From: Gemmatimonadota bacterium
Lineage (GTDB): Bacteria > Gemmatimonadota > Gemmatimonadetes > Longimicrobiales > RSA9
Direction of reading: 5' to 3'
Assembly: GCA_040905425.1 (NCBI GenBank)
Contig: JBBDRO010000029.1
Span: 1-48,135, forward strand
DNA length: 48,135 nt
The position numbers were made by a program, and so were the translations under genes. Positions 1-7,877 of this stretch are shown here, piece by piece. How positions within the stretch are numbered: the stretch's first letter is position 1; each line of letters opens with the position of its first letter. Below the pieces are notes generated by a model. That model worked only from the letters and a program-made list of their open reading frames with translations. It ran no database searches and was not told where the DNA came from.

Positions 1-56
1 ATCTTCCGGGGAGGGACGAGGCGAGAAAGGCCGCTGGAGAGCCGGCCAGGGGGACT

Positions 57-89
57 CCCGAGGATGTCAGGAGGAGGACATACCTCGGG
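57..89 (+). other. Stem-loop with purine-rich AGGAGGAG loop
   Basis: cccgagg(57-63)/cctcggg(83-89) and atgtc(64-68)/gacat(77-81) pair, with a 1-nt bulge; loop 69-76 is aggaggag. Function unknown. Confidence 0.35.
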
Positions 90-263
90 CCCGAAACGGC
101 CGCTCAAAACCTGTCAATGGGATATTTGGGACACGCGCATGCGGGGATGGGCCAGCTGCACCAACGGAGGGACGGATGGCTCGCGGCCCCGCCACGTGGG
201 GACAGGCGACGGGCGGCTAAACAGCGAACCAGCGCAACACGCGCCCCAGCGCCCCCACACCGG

Positions 264-405
264 GCGCTCCAGCTGGAACGTCGAAATAGTTGGATGGGTC
301 ACGGAGCGCGGCGTCATTCGTGCCCGACTCGACGCCCAGCCGTGGGGAAACCCGCCGCCACAAATGCCTTGCGTTCCAGCTGGAACGTCCAGATAGCTGG
401 ATGGG
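264..405. repeat. Two 35-bp direct repeats (264-298, 371-405), each containing a 16-bp palindrome
   Basis: gcgctccagctggaacgtcgaaatagttggatggg vs gcgttccagctggaacgtccagatagctggatggg, 31/35 identical, period 107 bp. 372-387 CGTTCCAGCTGGAACG is a perfect palindrome; 265-280 has one mismatch. Confidence 0.85.
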
Positions 406-1099
406 ACAGGAAAATGCGGCGCCCTCGGCGTACCCCGGTGCTGTGATCATTGGCGGCGGCAATTTCGTGGCGGTGCGCTTCAGCAACGAGGAACTACCGC
501 CGTTGTTCGGCGCCGCGCTACGATTCTCACTCGCGGCCGCGCTGTTTTTCATGATCGCGCGGGTGCGCGGGACCCCGGTTCCCCGCGGTCGGGCGGCGTC
601 GGGCGCGGCGCTGTACGGCCTGCCCGGGTTCGGCCTGGCGTGCGCGTTCCTCTATTATGCGTTGGTGGGCCTGGCCGCCGGCACCGCATCGGTCATCATG
701 GCCTCCGTTCCGCTGCTGACGCTTGCTATGGCCGTGGCGCATGGGCAGTCTCTGCCACGGCCGGACCCGATCACCACGAACGCGATCGGGATGACGGCCG
801 GTGCCGCCCTGCTCTGGGTCGCGTCGCTCGCGTTCGGTGAGGCATGGGCGCTGCCGGACACAGGACGCACCTGGCTGGTGCTCGGTTACCTGGTGTTGCT
901 CGGATCCGTGGCGCTGTTCATCCTGTTCCTGTACGTGATCGAGCGCTGGACCGCCTCAGCTACCACCTACGCCATTGCCCTCATGCCCGTATTTGCCGTG
1001 CTGTTCGGCTCGCTGCTGGCCCAGGAGCCGATCACGCTCGAGCTGGTGGGCGGCGGCGCCCTGGTCATGGTAGCCGTCTACGTAGGAGCGCTCGCATAG
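401..1099 (+). pseudogene. EamA/DMT family transporter, apparently lacking two central helices (possible pseudogene)
   Basis: EamA-like segments GGNFVAVRF..PPLFGAALRF, AGTASVIMASVPLL, GSVALF, MPVFAVLFG..QEPIT. Only ~8 hydrophobic helices in ~232 aa; VAHGQ runs straight into SLPRPDPITTN. Start uncertain; ATG 401 lies inside repeat copy 2. Confidence 0.65.
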
Positions 1100-1126
1100 C
1101 GCGACATCGAGCGAGGGCGCCGGGGG

Positions 1127-1163
1127 GGGGCACGAGGCCGGGACGGATCCCGGTGCGTGCCCC
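1127..1163. terminator. GC-rich hairpin between convergent genes
   Basis: ggggcacg/cgtgcccc outer stem plus ccggga-cgga-tcccgg inner stem; no U-tract. Confidence 0.45.
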
Positions 1164-1176
1164 GACTCCAGGCGGT

Positions 1177-2874
1177 TCAGCGGTAGAACCGGTTCCGCTG
1201 ATAATCGTGGAACGGCTGCACGCGGAGCACCGGCAGGTCCTGATGTGTCATCACGCGCATCATGGGCACCCGCTGACGGCGTGCCTCATCGGCCGACTCG
1301 GGGGTCTCCCGGAGCAGGTGATCCGTCCAGCCCCAGGTGATCAGGTTGTCGTCGGTCTCGGGCTCCATGAGGTAGCTGATCAGGTTGCCCATCGACTGCG
1401 AGGTGGGAATCCAGAACCAGCCCTCCCCGACCTCGAGGGTCTCGGCTTCCTTCACGACATCGACGGCCTTCAGGTAGCTGCCCTGGAAGTAGGTCTCGGT
1501 GCGCACCGACGTGGCATGGTAGACCTCAGCGTCGATCTCGGCGTGGCCGCGGAATCGGTAGACCGCGATGTCGTGATCCAGGAGGAGCGGCACGACCGCG
1601 GCCATGGCCGGCGGCATAAGGTAGCCCACCGGTCGCGGGGTGGTGCGCGTCGGCACCCACTCCAGCCACACCGGAACGTTCTGCAGCGAGTATCCCCCCT
1701 CCGCATCCTCGTCGGGCATCCAGACGTCCTCGTTCCCGCGCGAGGTGAGTTCATAGTCCAGGACAACCTGGCCGCTGCCCTCGTGGCCGGCCGCGATCGC
1801 GCGCATCCTGGAGCCGGTCGTGACCGCGCGGATGGCCTCCCGCTCTTCGGCCGCGACCTCGAGGATCGTGCTCAGCGCGATGACGCCACCCTGAATCTGG
1901 TGGTAGTACCGCTCCGCCTGGGGAATCTCTACCACCGATCCGTCCCGCATGACCCGGCGGGAGTTGCGCGGCGTCTCCAGAAGGATCCCGATCGAGTTCG
2001 TGAGGCCGGTGTAGACGTGGTGCTTGCGGGGTTCGACGGAGGTGGAGCCCCAGCCACGCTGCCCGTCCCGCGTCTGCGGCCCGGAATAGTCGAACGAGCG
2101 GTAGTCCGCCGCGCGCATGGCCGCGTCGATGCGCGGGAAGATGCGCTGGTAGGGAAACGCCCTGAGCTCGGCGTCGGCGGCAGGGTTGAGGGTTCCCTGA
2201 TAGGTGATCACGTAGGGGTCCGAGCCGCCGTGATGGCCGTCGACGTGGATGTCAGGGGTCCACTCCGTCATGATCTGGGTGACGAACGCATGAATCTCCT
2301 GGGACTCCAGCTTGACATAGTCCCGGTTCATGTCATACCCGGCCTCGTTCGTGCGCCGGGTGACTTCCCCACCGTCCGGGTTCACGAGCGGCACACCGAT
2401 CACGATCACGTCTTCGAGGACGTGTCGCAGATCCCCGGCGATCAGCTCCTTGGCCACGAGCTGGAAGGACTCCTTGGGGGAGACTTCCCCGCCGTGCACC
2501 GAGGGCGCCACGAAGACGATCGTCTTGCCTGAGCGGATGGCGTCCTGGGCGTTGACGATGGGCTCGTCGGCGATCGTGATGAGGTACATCTCCCGACCCT
2601 GAAGCGTCTCCGTGAGCGGCTGCATGCTCACCAGCTCGCTCATCTCGTCGAGCTCGAACCAGAAGTCCATGAGCGGCTCGAACGGGGTGGGTCCCGAGCG
2701 GAAGTTCTGCTGCTCCTGCCAGGTCTGCGGTAGCTCCTGCCCCCGCACGTCGAGGACGCCTCCGAGCAGGACGAGGAGCGAAAGCAGGAGGGGCACGGTG
2801 CGCGGCAGGCACCGGCGGCCGCCGGAGGAGTCGACACCGATCGGGCGAGTGGGGTTCTGAATCCTGGTGTGCAT
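1177..2874 (-). CDS. Secreted M14 family zinc carboxypeptidase
   Basis: Hydrophobic signal region ending VRG-Q; M14 motifs VHGGE, NPDG, DMNRD, VDGHH. Confidence 0.88.
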   Translation of the reverse strand: MHTRIQNPTRPIGVDSSGGRRCLPRTVPLLLSLLVLLGGVLDVRGQELPQTWQEQQNFRSGPTPFEPLMDFWFELDEMSELVSMQPLTETLQGREMYLITIADEPIVNAQDAIRSGKTIVFVAPSVHGGEVSPKESFQLVAKELIAGDLRHVLEDVIVIGVPLVNPDGGEVTRRTNEAGYDMNRDYVKLESQEIHAFVTQIMTEWTPDIHVDGHHGGSDPYVITYQGTLNPAADAELRAFPYQRIFPRIDAAMRAADYRSFDYSGPQTRDGQRGWGSTSVEPRKHHVYTGLTNSIGILLETPRNSRRVMRDGSVVEIPQAERYYHQIQGGVIALSTILEVAAEEREAIRAVTTGSRMRAIAAGHEGSGQVVLDYELTSRGNEDVWMPDEDAEGGYSLQNVPVWLEWVPTRTTPRPVGYLMPPAMAAVVPLLLDHDIAVYRFRGHAEIDAEVYHATSVRTETYFQGSYLKAVDVVKEAETLEVGEGWFWIPTSQSMGNLISYLMEPETDDNLITWGWTDHLLRETPESADEARRQRVPMMRVMTHQDLPVLRVQPFHDYQRNRFYR

Positions 2875-2952
2875 AGTCGACCTGAGCGTGATGTGAATAA
2901 AAGGGAACGACCGGCGCCGGTGAGTGGCGCGGGGACGTCGCTTATTGAACGG

Positions 2953-4584
2953 TTACACGAACGCGCCGCCTACCATGATGTTGCGCACGAGCAGCCAGGG
3001 CGAGCCGTGGGACACGCTGTTGCTCTGCGTGGGCTGGCCCTTGGCGTCCCCGCCCGTGCCGTGCATCTCCCATTCGTCGGGGCCGGTGACGCCGTCCAGG
3101 TTGGCCCAGAAGTCCGTGGTGATGGCGTTGTAGGTGACGTCCGTGACGGGGCGCGTGATCTGCCCGTCCTTGATCTCCCAGAAGACGTGGCCGCCGAACT
3201 GGCCGTTGTAGCGCTGCTGGTCGATGGAGTAGCTGCCGCGGCCGTCGATGAGCACGCCGTCGCGCACGTCGGCAATGAGCTCCTCGCGCGTGGGTGAGCC
3301 GATGGGGCCGGGCTTTACGTGCACGTTGGGCATGCGCAGGAAGGGGTAGTCGCGCCAGCTGCGGCCGTACGTGCAGCCTCGGCTGAAGTCCTCACCCATG
3401 TGGTGAGCCGTCTCGCGGTTGGTCTGCAGCCCCACCAGGATGCCGTCCCGCACGATGTCCCACTCCTGCGTGGGCACGCCGTCATCGTCGAAGCCCAGGG
3501 AGGCCAGGCCGCGGCTGTTACGGTCCGCCACCACATTGAAGTGCTCGGAGCCGTACTTGAGCCGGCCCACGTCCTCCAGCTTGATGAAGCTGGTGCCCGC
3601 GTAGTTGGCCTCGTAGCCCACGATGCGGTCGAGCTCGGTGGCGTGGCCCACGATCTCGTGGATGGTGAGCATGGCGTGCGAGGGGGACAGGATGAGGTCC
3701 CGCATGCCCGGCGATCCCAGCGGCTCGGCGGTGCACAGGTCCACGGCCTCGTGCGCCACGCGCTCGGCGGCCTCCAGCAGGCCGGACTCCTCGGCCACCT
3801 CCCAGCCGCCCATCATGTTCGGCGCGGGGAAGTTGCGTGTGCGGGTGACGTCCCCCACCTCCGCCGTCACGCTGAGCGTGGGGGAGACGGAGTAGGACTC
3901 CTGCTCGATGTAGGAGCCCTCGGTGGAGGCGAAGTAGCGCCACTCGTAGGAGACGCGCGCGGAGGCGTTGACGCGGGTGACGCCGCTCACGCCGGAGGCG
4001 CGGTCCACGATGGCCTGCGCCCACGACTGGCGATCGTTTTCGGAGACGGTGGTGGGATCGCGCCGCATGGGCGTGACGAAGTTCTCCACGTAGGCGTCCA
4101 CCGGCGCCAGGCGGACGTCCTCCCGCTTGGCGATGGCGCTGGCGCGCGCCACTTCGGTGGCCACGCGCGTGATGCGGCGGATCTCCTCGTCGGTAACGAT
4201 GGGGCTGCTGGCAAAGCCCCACACGCCGCTGTGGATGACGCGCACGCCGAAGCCGCCGGCCCGGCGCTCGTCGTGGGTGGGCACGCCGCCGCCGCCGCCA
4301 CCACCACCGCGACCGCCGAAGCGGCCCCCCCCACCGCCGCCTTCGTTGCCGTAGCTCGCGGAGGCGCCGGGCAGCCCGGTGTTCATGGTGAAGCGGATGT
4401 CGGCGTAGCTGCAGCCGCCGTTGCGCGCTTCCATGAGCGCCAGGTCTGCCATCCCCTTGAAGTGGGAGCGCATGACCGCGCCGCGCGGGCCGTCCGAGAG
4501 GATCTGAGCTACGAGGTCGTGGGAGTAGAGACCCAGGACGCCTGCGCCCATGGTGTTGATGAAGGTGCGTCGGTTGGGGCTCAT
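2953..4584 (-). CDS. tldD: TldD metalloprotease subunit with Tat signal peptide
   Basis: N-terminal NRRTFI; YADIR, GFGVRV..GVWGFAS, HEIVGHATE, FDDDGV, RMPN and C-terminal DAKGQP..SHGSP motifs. Confidence 0.9.
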   Translation of the reverse strand: MSPNRRTFINTMGAGVLGLYSHDLVAQILSDGPRGAVMRSHFKGMADLALMEARNGGCSYADIRFTMNTGLPGASASYGNEGGGGGGRFGGRGGGGGGGGVPTHDERRAGGFGVRVIHSGVWGFASSPIVTDEEIRRITRVATEVARASAIAKREDVRLAPVDAYVENFVTPMRRDPTTVSENDRQSWAQAIVDRASGVSGVTRVNASARVSYEWRYFASTEGSYIEQESYSVSPTLSVTAEVGDVTRTRNFPAPNMMGGWEVAEESGLLEAAERVAHEAVDLCTAEPLGSPGMRDLILSPSHAMLTIHEIVGHATELDRIVGYEANYAGTSFIKLEDVGRLKYGSEHFNVVADRNSRGLASLGFDDDGVPTQEWDIVRDGILVGLQTNRETAHHMGEDFSRGCTYGRSWRDYPFLRMPNVHVKPGPIGSPTREELIADVRDGVLIDGRGSYSIDQQRYNGQFGGHVFWEIKDGQITRPVTDVTYNAITTDFWANLDGVTGPDEWEMHGTGGDAKGQPTQSNSVSHGSPWLLVRNIMVGGAFV

Positions 4585-4606
4585 GGTGCGTTCTTCTCCG
4601 GTTCGG

Positions 4607-5914
4607 TCATTCGACGGCCGGCGAACTGGACGTCATGGTGAAGTCTTCGATGCGTACGGGCGGGATGAGGCCCGTGTTGCCGCCGTCGTAGGACTCGCCC
4701 ATGTGCATCGGCACCGGACGGCCCACGTCCACCAGATTGTTGTAGCCCACCAGCGGGGACATATTCCAGCGGAAGTTCTGTACGGCCCCCGTGATCTCCC
4801 CGTTCTCGATCAGGAAGAGCCCGTCGCGCGTCATGCCGGTGTTGAGCAGCGGCTGGCTCTCGGAGGGCACCCCGCGGATGTACCAGAAGAAGGTGACCAG
4901 CAGGCCGCGCCGCGTGTCCGCGATCATGTCCTGGATCGAGCGATCGGTCCCCTCCATGACCAGGCTCATGCCCACGTTGGCCGGCTGACCTTCCGCCAGA
5001 TTGCGCAGGACGCCGTTCTCCACCCAGGTGGTGGGACGGGCGGGCCGGTCGTTGCCCAGGATCGGCGTCTGGCGGAGGATGGGATTGCCGATGTCACTGC
5101 GCAGCGTGAAAAGGTCGGAGAGGACCCTGTCACCCGTTTCGACGTCTTCACCGAAGGCGCGCTGGGCCGCCCCCTCGTTGTTGAACGCGTTGGTCATGAG
5201 CGAGAGGAAGCGGGCGTTGGCGCGCGGCTCCAGGATGACGCTGTAGCGACCGGGCTCGAGCGCGCGCGCGTTGCTGCTGAGCACCGCCTTGTTCGCCGCC
5301 GCCTCGGTGAGCGCCCGGGCGTCGATCATGCCCAGGTCCTTGATGCCGGTGATCCCCGACCAGCCCGAGCCGGTGCCGTCGGGCGTACGGCAGGTCAGCA
5401 CGAAGCTGCTCTCGGCCACCCGGTAGTAGGCGAACAGCCCGGCCGAATTGGCCCGGCACGTGGCACGATCGATCTTGGGAATGTAGCCGTAGCCGAGCAC
5501 GCCCTTGGCGTCCGCCACCGCCAGGCTGTCACGCACCATGAGGGCGCGCTCGCGGGGACCGTAGTCCACCATCCGCGGCAGCGCCGCGTCCACGGGGATG
5601 TATTCCTGCGGTCCGAGGAGCTCGTCCAGCTCTTCCTCCTCGTCCGCCGCCTCGGCATCGGCGCGCGCCTCGTCCACCATGGCGCGCAGCCCGGCGTCAC
5701 TGAAGTCCATGGTGGAGGCGCTGCCCTCGCGGGCGCCGAGCCGGATGGTGGCGCCCACCTCCCGGTCATACTGCACCAGGTTCACGGTGATGGCCGAGTT
5801 GGCCCAGCGGGTGCCGGAGCGTTCGCCGCCGCTCAGATCCACCTGGACGGGTACGTTGTCGGCCATGTCGATGACGCGCTCGACGATGGTCCTGGCTTCC
5901 TCGCGGGAATACAT
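4607..5914 (-). CDS. TldE/PmbA family subunit
   Basis: TRWANS, LEPGRYSVILEP, WVENGVL, TGMTRDGLFLIENGEI, NFRWN; no HExxH. ATG 5914 (MYSREEAR) has GAGG upstream; the ORF track's TTG at 6004 coincides with a -35 box. Confidence 0.87.
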   Translation of the reverse strand: MYSREEARTIVERVIDMADNVPVQVDLSGGERSGTRWANSAITVNLVQYDREVGATIRLGAREGSASTMDFSDAGLRAMVDEARADAEAADEEEELDELLGPQEYIPVDAALPRMVDYGPRERALMVRDSLAVADAKGVLGYGYIPKIDRATCRANSAGLFAYYRVAESSFVLTCRTPDGTGSGWSGITGIKDLGMIDARALTEAAANKAVLSSNARALEPGRYSVILEPRANARFLSLMTNAFNNEGAAQRAFGEDVETGDRVLSDLFTLRSDIGNPILRQTPILGNDRPARPTTWVENGVLRNLAEGQPANVGMSLVMEGTDRSIQDMIADTRRGLLVTFFWYIRGVPSESQPLLNTGMTRDGLFLIENGEITGAVQNFRWNMSPLVGYNNLVDVGRPVPMHMGESYDGGNTGLIPPVRIEDFTMTSSSPAVE

Positions 5915-5974
5915 GATGCTGATCGCCTCAGGGTGGGGGCATGAGGGAGCGTGGCTGGAACGGGGATTCAAGGC

Positions 5975-6004
5975 ACGGTACTTCCGGCGGATGCGGACTG
6001 TCAA
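5975..6004 (-). promoter_or_regulatory. Sigma70-like internal promoter for tldE-tldD
   Basis: TTGACA(6004-5999)-18 bp-TACCGT(5980-5975) in the ~100-bp gap within the cluster. Confidence 0.6.
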
Positions 6005-6017
6005 GGAAGGGAGCCGG

Positions 6018-7877
6018 TCAGGCCAGACCCCGGCGCCTGCGCCACAGCCATTCCCCGCCCAGCAGGAGCGCGAAGGGCAGGATCCACCAGGGCGAGCGCA
6101 TGGGATGCCAGAGCTCCCGCTGGCGCGTGCGGTCCAGCCGCTCGCGCAGTGCGGCCAGCAGCCCGTCCAACTCCGTCTCCGGCAACGCAGCGCCGCCGCG
6201 GGAGGCGACCCAGGCCGCGAGCAGCCCCGGGTCGGGGGAAGGCGCTCCCGCGTCCTGCAGCACCACCAGCGGGAGCTCGGCTTGCACCCCGTCGGCCGAG
6301 GCTTCGATCAGGTAGGTGCCGGGACGGGTCGGGGCGTCCAGCGTGGCGCGGAAGCGGCCCGGGGCACCGGTGGGCCAGAAGCGGAGCGGAGTGGTGGCGG
6401 TGGGGTCGGCGGGTGAGCCGGTCGATGCGCTCCGCGCGGCGGAAGTGGCGGCCGGGTCCTCGGCGTCGGGGGCGGCGCCGCCCGGTAGCGGGCGTATGCC
6501 GCCGCTCACCCTGGCGCTCACGCTCCGGCCGTCGAGGGGCGGGGCCAGCGCCGCCGCGCGCATGGTGAGCCCCACGTCCAGCCGGCCGCCTGGCGCGGCG
6601 GCGCCGGCGGCGCCCGGGATGCTGTAGGTCAGCTCCAGCGGAGGCGGTGAGGCCGCCGCCGCGGCGCCGATCAAGGCGCTCCAGAATGCCTCGAAGCCGG
6701 CCAGGTCGGCGCCGCGGTGGCGCCAGGCGTCCAGGGCGCCGCTCACGATCAGCCGGCCGGCGCCGACCGGCGTCTGCCACACGACCGGTGCGCTATCGGG
6801 GCCGGTGGCCCATGCCACGGGCCGCGCGCCGGCCGGCAGCGGAGCCGGCACGAGCAGCTCCCGCGTGCGCAGCCGCCGATCAGCCAGGGCGGCCCCGCCG
6901 CGGATCTCCACCGGCGGACTCACCTCCCGCGTGACCCAGGACGCCGCGCCCGTGAGGCGTCGGTAGGGTCCGGCCGCCGCCCTGTCGGGGAGCAGGATCA
7001 CCGCGCCGCCCCGCCGCCGCAGGTAGCGTTCGAGGGCCGCCACGTCCGCCTCTGCGAGCGTTTCCGGCGCGCCGATCACGACGGCTTCGAAGGCGTCCAT
7101 GGCCGCCGCGTCCGAGAACCCGGGGGGCGGGGTGCCCGCCTCCGTGGCCACGCCGGGCGCGGTGCGCACGCGGCTGCTCACGGCAAAGCGCGCATCCTGC
7201 TCCAGCGCGCGGCGCGCGAAGGTGGACGGCCAGGCTGGTCGGCCGTCCACGAAGAGCACGTTCCAGCGCTCCACCGCCACGTGGACGACGTGGTCCACGT
7301 GGGCCGATCGGTGCGCGCCGGGACCGCCCTCCAGACTGACCTCCACGCGGAGCGTGTGCGGCCCGGACATGGCAGGCACGAAGGCGAGTGGCACGCGCAC
7401 GGTCTGGTCGGGCGCTTCGATGGCCACCGTGGCGCGGTCCAGCGGGGCGTCGAGTCCGCCCAGCGTGACCTGGAGCTGCCTCCCCGCCCCGCCACGCACC
7501 CGCACCGTGGCCGCGACGGGCACGCGGGCATGGGCAGGGGCCGTGGCGGGCGCCGCCACGTCGATAAGCGTCGCGGCGCCGGTAGCCGGGTCGGGTTGCA
7601 CCGCGAAGACCGGGGCCCCCAGCGCGCGCGCGTTCCGCGGCCCCGCGCTGCCCACGATCACGCTGGCGGCGGCGGTGGGCAGCGGGCCGCGCACGACGGT
7701 GAAGGCGTCTCCCAGACGCTCGGCTACACGCTCGGCCCGCGCGCTGTCGGTGGCCTGATCGGCCGCCACCACCGCCACCGTCGCGGCGCTCCGCCGGGCG
7801 GTGGTGACGGCCGGGTCGAGGAGCGCGGCCAACGCGATGGCAACCGCCGCCCCGCGCGCCAGGCGGGCCGCGGTCAT
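6018..7877 (-). CDS. MoxR-cluster membrane protein (GAT1-like central region, C-terminal TM)
   Basis: N-terminal TM; VLFVDGRP..F.RRALEQD and DVAALERYLRRRGGAVILL segments; C-terminal WWILPFALLLGGEWLWRRRRGLA; ATGA overlap with upstream gene. Confidence 0.75.
   Translation of the reverse strand: MTAARLARGAAVAIALAALLDPAVTTARRSAATVAVVAADQATDSARAERVAERLGDAFTVVRGPLPTAAASVIVGSAGPRNARALGAPVFAVQPDPATGAATLIDVAAPATAPAHARVPVAATVRVRGGAGRQLQVTLGGLDAPLDRATVAIEAPDQTVRVPLAFVPAMSGPHTLRVEVSLEGGPGAHRSAHVDHVVHVAVERWNVLFVDGRPAWPSTFARRALEQDARFAVSSRVRTAPGVATEAGTPPPGFSDAAAMDAFEAVVIGAPETLAEADVAALERYLRRRGGAVILLPDRAAAGPYRRLTGAASWVTREVSPPVEIRGGAALADRRLRTRELLVPAPLPAGARPVAWATGPDSAPVVWQTPVGAGRLIVSGALDAWRHRGADLAGFEAFWSALIGAAAAASPPPLELTYSIPGAAGAAAPGGRLDVGLTMRAAALAPPLDGRSVSARVSGGIRPLPGGAAPDAEDPAATSAARSASTGSPADPTATTPLRFWPTGAPGRFRATLDAPTRPGTYLIEASADGVQAELPLVVLQDAGAPSPDPGLLAAWVASRGGAALPETELDGLLAALRERLDRTRQRELWHPMRSPWWILPFALLLGGEWLWRRRRGLA

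Noticed and set aside
110..140. IS terminal inverted repeat (ctgtcaa...tgggacac)
   Set aside because: Only a vague resemblance; no partner end or transposase in the window.
188..203. Third parS-like site around ccacgtgg
   Set aside because: Only the 8-bp core is palindromic; the flanks do not match.
264..405. Mini CRISPR array from the 35-bp palindromic repeats
   Set aside because: Only two imperfect copies, a 72-nt spacer, no typical repeat end and no cas genes.
2875..6017. RiPP precursor peptide for TldDE
   Set aside because: No small ORF with credible RBS/leader-core structure in the gaps, and no YcaO, radical SAM or lanthipeptide enzymes in the window.
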